64,000 bases of DNA, from NCBI GenBank assembly GCA_951406725.2, contig OX597822.1, positions 43,028,001 through 43,092,000 of the forward strand. The letters are read 5' to 3'. A program made the position numbers and the translations under genes. The notes under the pieces were generated by a model. The model saw only the letters and a program-made list of their open reading frames with translations, was not told the DNA's origin and made no database searches. Below are positions 59,901-64,000 of the stretch, in pieces (the first letter of the stretch is position 1; every line of letters starts with the position of its first letter). Source of the stretch: Octopus vulgaris (lineage: Eukaryota).

Positions 59901-60227
59901 ACAATTGTTAAACAGGACAGCAAAACATTAAGGCAAGGCAAACATCTTGAGACAAATAGGGGCAAAAATAAGGAAAATGAGAATGGTATATATTAATAAG
60001 ATGACGACATAGAGGAAGAGAATAAAAGAAAAAGGAGATGGAAAGAAAGAAGAAAAAAGGAGCATAAAGGTTCATAGTTCAACTTTCCGCAGTTATAGAA
60101 ACCAGTGCATGAGTCCTTTGGTGCAATCGTGCGTAGATCTATGTAGGATATTTCTTCCTATACTAATATCTGACTTGAGATATTTGCTTTGCCTTAATGT
60201 TTGCTGTCCTCTTTTACAATTATATAT
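59901..60227. repeat. Element with ~55-bp inverted termini; a solo terminus also at 45850-45902
   Basis: aattgttaaacaggacagcaaaacattaaggcaaggcaaacatcttgagaca vs reverse complement aattgtaaaagaggacagcaaacattaaggcaaagcaaatatctcaagtca. Confidence 0.65.
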
Positions 60228-60361
60228 CCGCTGCATCAGAAATCTGCAATGGCTCCATATCTACCATCTCGGCTATAATCTTGGAGCCCCAGTAATCCGC
60301 TACAGCACTTACCTAGTGTACCTAATCGATAAGATCACCTGTGTAGTAAGCTGCCATAATT

Positions 60362-60416
<55 letters not shown>

Positions 60417-60697
60417 ATATATATATATATATATGTATGCATCATTATACATTCTTAGGGTGATTTACTCTTAAGTGTCCCTAATCTGTACATGAATTTG
60501 TTTCCCTACTTTAATTATAGCTTGCTACATATCATATTTTATGAACTTGCTCTTCAACCCACCTTTTCTTGAAGTATGCATGTATATACTGGCATCTATA
60601 CTCTTATATATATTTACAGTTGTATTTATTTCAGCTTTTTATTCCCTTTTTCACGATTTTTTTTTTCATTTTCTTTCCATATTTTCGTCTTGAATAC

Positions 60698-61190
60698 GAG
60701 GCGGCGAGCTCGCAGAACTGTCAGTATACCGGACACAATGCTTAGCGGGTTTTGGACTGGATTAACGTTCTGAGCTCAAGAACCGAGGAAATCAACCTTG
60801 GCTTTCATCTTTACGGGGTCAATGAAATAAGTATAAGTCAAGTACTGGCGTCGATGCAATCGACTGGCGTTCGCCCCCACAAATTTCTGGTCTAAAAGAT
60901 TTTCTTCTTGTATACATATTTCTCGTCTTAGTTATACCTCTTTTCGTACGAACTATCAAATATTTCGCATACCATAGTTTCGTAGTAACTGAAGCGCATG
61001 TTATCATTATAATTATTATCATTATTGAGTTAGAGAGCAGGGCATGCCATCAAAGTGACATTGGGATAAAATATACGAAGCCCAGTATATCCATCATGAC
61101 TACCCGTCTGATAAGGGGTCACCAGGCACATGCATCACAAAAATATGTGAGCAACATAGTGGTCTCATATCAAGATAAGTAGCGCATACA
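60698..61190. mobile_element. SINE family B (+, 60698-60895) and family D 3' part (-, 61022-61190)
   Basis: Similarity to other copies in the window. Confidence 0.7.
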
Positions 61191-61760
61191 AACATACATA
61201 CATACATACATACATACATACATACATACTTACATGCATGCATGCATACATACATACATACATACATACATACATACATACATACATGCATGCATACATA
61301 CATACATACATACATACATACATACATACATACATACATACATACATACATACATACATACATGCATGCATACATACATACATACATAATACATACATAC
61401 ATACATACATACATACATACATACAGGAACGTTGGATCTAAGTTAGAAAGCAGTTCTTTGTCTACTGGCAAAAACTCTTGAAATAACCTGAATAATGACA
61501 CATACATACACACACTAAATTTACTCGTGTATAAGCCGCACAATTGTATACTAGATGTTAAATGCAAAGGAAAGGAAAAGGAATAAAAATGGATTGCGAC
61601 TTAAACACCAGCATATAAGGTAAATTCTCTATTCCACAAGCTGAGTTATTTGTTTTTATTGTCCCACATTTCGAAGAGTATTGTTTTAAAAATTAAATTA
61701 ACTCCCTAAATTTACATTATTTACATTTGACGTATATTTATCCTCATCTTGTTTGTTGTT

Positions 61761-61806
61761 AACACAACGTTTCGGCTGATATACCCTCCAGCCTTCATCA
61801 GGTGTC
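61761..61806 (-). ncRNA. Minimal hammerhead with canonical core next to (AAT)n
   Basis: GACAC-CTGATGA-A-GGCTGG(agggtata)TCAGCC-GAAA-CG-TT-GTGTT. Confidence 0.8.
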
Positions 61807-61868
61807 TTGGGGAAATTTCGAACCTCGGGGTCTCATTCTTAAGGTATTTTTCGATGTTATTATCATCA

Positions 61869-61998
<130 letters not shown>

Positions 61999-62019
61999 CA
62001 TTGTTGTTGTTGTTGTTGC

Positions 62020-62050
<31 letters not shown>

Positions 62051-62082
62051 CAGGTCACTGCCTGGAATCGAATAATAATTAT

Positions 62083-62175
62083 ATTCGTCACAAACTTTAT
62101 ATAACATATCGAGGATCTCGGTAGAAGAGTTGCTGAGCTTCATGCAAAATTTGATGAAGACACGTTATTCGAATT
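62083..62175 (-). pseudogene. Mariner transposase N-terminal fragment
   Basis: E*RVFIKFCMKLSNSSTEILDMLYKVCDE. Confidence 0.7.
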
Positions 62176-62859
62176 TGGATAAATCCCAGAGCTACTCTAA
62201 CACAATGGTACAAAACCTCACGTAAACTGAACTCGAAGGAGATAACAAAAAAAAAGAAAAAAACAACCTTTAACTGATAAACTCAATAAAAGATTGCAGA
62301 TGATTGTGAAACATCAGCTGGTTTCTGTTGGTTAGTACAAACACATGTGTAGTCTGGAGGCTTTTTCAAAACAATTTGTGTATTTGCACCGAACAAGGCT
62401 TCAGCAATGAATATCGACCTGTTGCACATGACAGCAACAACAAAGTAAACAAAAGAACGTAAACAAAGACGCACTCCACTCCACAAACAAGACAAAACTA
62501 AATAAATAAAACCAGAAGGTCACAGCTGGAATGTCCTCGAAAATAGGTCTGCTCAATCTGGGCTCAGCTGGTGTTGCGTGCGCATCTTCTTTATCGTATA
62601 TCTTTCACTTAATTCAATCATTGGGCTGCAGCCGTGCTGGGACACAACCTTGAAGGCTTTTAATCGAACAAATAGACATCAGGACTTAATATGTTAAGGC
62701 AAAAACTAGCAAAGCAAGGCACAAAGATGCCTCCCACTAATATTTTCATCAAATGAATAATGTAAACAATTCTGAACAACTCTCAAAAGAACAGAACATT
62801 AACAAGCTCCCTTCACAAATTCAAAATTGAACAGGTCTTATAAATATGCACCATGATAT

Positions 62860-62936
<77 letters not shown>

Positions 62937-63099
62937 AATTAGAGATAAAACCACTATTATGCAACTCAAACAGTGATAGACATAAACCAAAACATAAATA
63001 ACAAATAATATATATTTTTATAAAACATATAACTAGATCTCAAAAAGTATAAAAATGAATGATCAATATATAAGTAACAACAACAACAACAACAACAAC

Positions 63100-63155
<56 letters not shown>

Positions 63156-63250
63156 GTACTTATTACTTATTATATATTGATCATTCATTTTTATACTTTT
63201 TGAGATCTAGTTATATGTTTTATAAAAATATATGTTATTTGTTATTTATG
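62937..63250. mobile_element. Foldback of the long-stem-II family terminus with an (AAC)(AAT) spacer
   Basis: 62937-62975 matches the reverse complement of 22030-22064; arms about 62993-63078 and 63163-63250. Confidence 0.75.
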
Positions 63251-63945
63251 CTCTCAAGCAACTATGCCGTCCTGGGTCAACCTTGAGCGACTTCAACACA
63301 ACCAAAGCATTCTATAGGGAATTAGTGGAGGGGAGGTACAACGATCTCAGGGCGAACCTGGGCGTTAACCTGGAATATCTGACCCGCCTGTTCAAGACGA
63401 CTTTCGGGCCGGGACCTATGTACAACTTCCAGAGATTCCTGGCCTGGCAGTGCTATCGAGAAGCGCTACCCGTTCGGGATAAACTCTACAGGCACGGCTC
63501 GAGAAACACGGGGCCGACCTGTCCGAGATGCGGTCAGAGCGACGAAAACGTCCTGCACGCACCATTTCCAACCTGTGGGCCCATGTCGATCGACTGCTAT
63601 CGCGTGTGGGACGAGTCGGTTTATCAACCGGGTCTATCGTGAATATTGTCGCGCCTCCTTCCTTGAAAGGGGAAGGAAGAGCCATTTTCATTGTACTTGT
63701 GGCTATGGCGAAGGAACGTGTATGGTGGACGTGTCTGAAAGGTCTAGAGACAAACGCTTTCCTCTCTGATCAATCTCTCAGCAACTTCTTCAAGTATCAC
63801 TTGAAGAGGAAGTTGAGAGTAGAGAGGGAAGTTTTGTCTAGTGAATGTTTCAAAAAAAGATGGGTGAATGTAGCAAGGATGGCACGTGTGAATGACGGAG
63901 CCAGCTTGAGCATAATCCTATGAACCAAAAAAAAAAAGAAAGAAA
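63251..63945 (+). pseudogene. L1/Tx1-type LINE 3' end (zf-RVT) with poly(A) tail
   Basis: ALPVRDKL...CPRCGQSDENVLHA, a frameshift, FKKRW, then an A-rich tail from about 63927. Confidence 0.85.
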
Positions 63946-64000
63946 AAAAAACGAAAGGAAAAAAGAGAGCCACTTACTGTAATGTGTTTTGTTTTTGCAT

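Overview
AT-rich animal DNA, intergenic or intronic, with very dense microsatellites ((TA)n, (CA)n, (TATC)n, (TATG)n, (AAT)n, (AG)n). The SINE families and microsatellite load point to an octopus (cephalopod) genome; this is inferred from sequence recognition, not a search. I can support no host protein-coding exon, and nearly all ORFs in the track are microsatellite translations. The window holds tRNA-derived SINEs, mariner/Tigger/maT remnants, Helitron/Helentron non-autonomous elements, CR1/L2, RTE, L1/Tx1 and RLE-type (HERO-like) LINE fragments, and three Penelope-like (PLE, GIY-YIG) elements. One PLE is a very young ~3 kb head-to-head palindrome (12115-15151). The main hidden structure is at the RNA level. 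More than a dozen minimal hammerhead-ribozyme motifs from several families occur, most of them close to a microsatellite run and several in MITE-looking foldback elements that copy the Penelope palindrome architecture. There is also a non-circularly rearranged (pseudoknotted) hammerhead candidate in the 3' UTR of the HERO-like LINE (57235-57337, minus). All ribozyme calls come from reading the sequence by eye and are untested.
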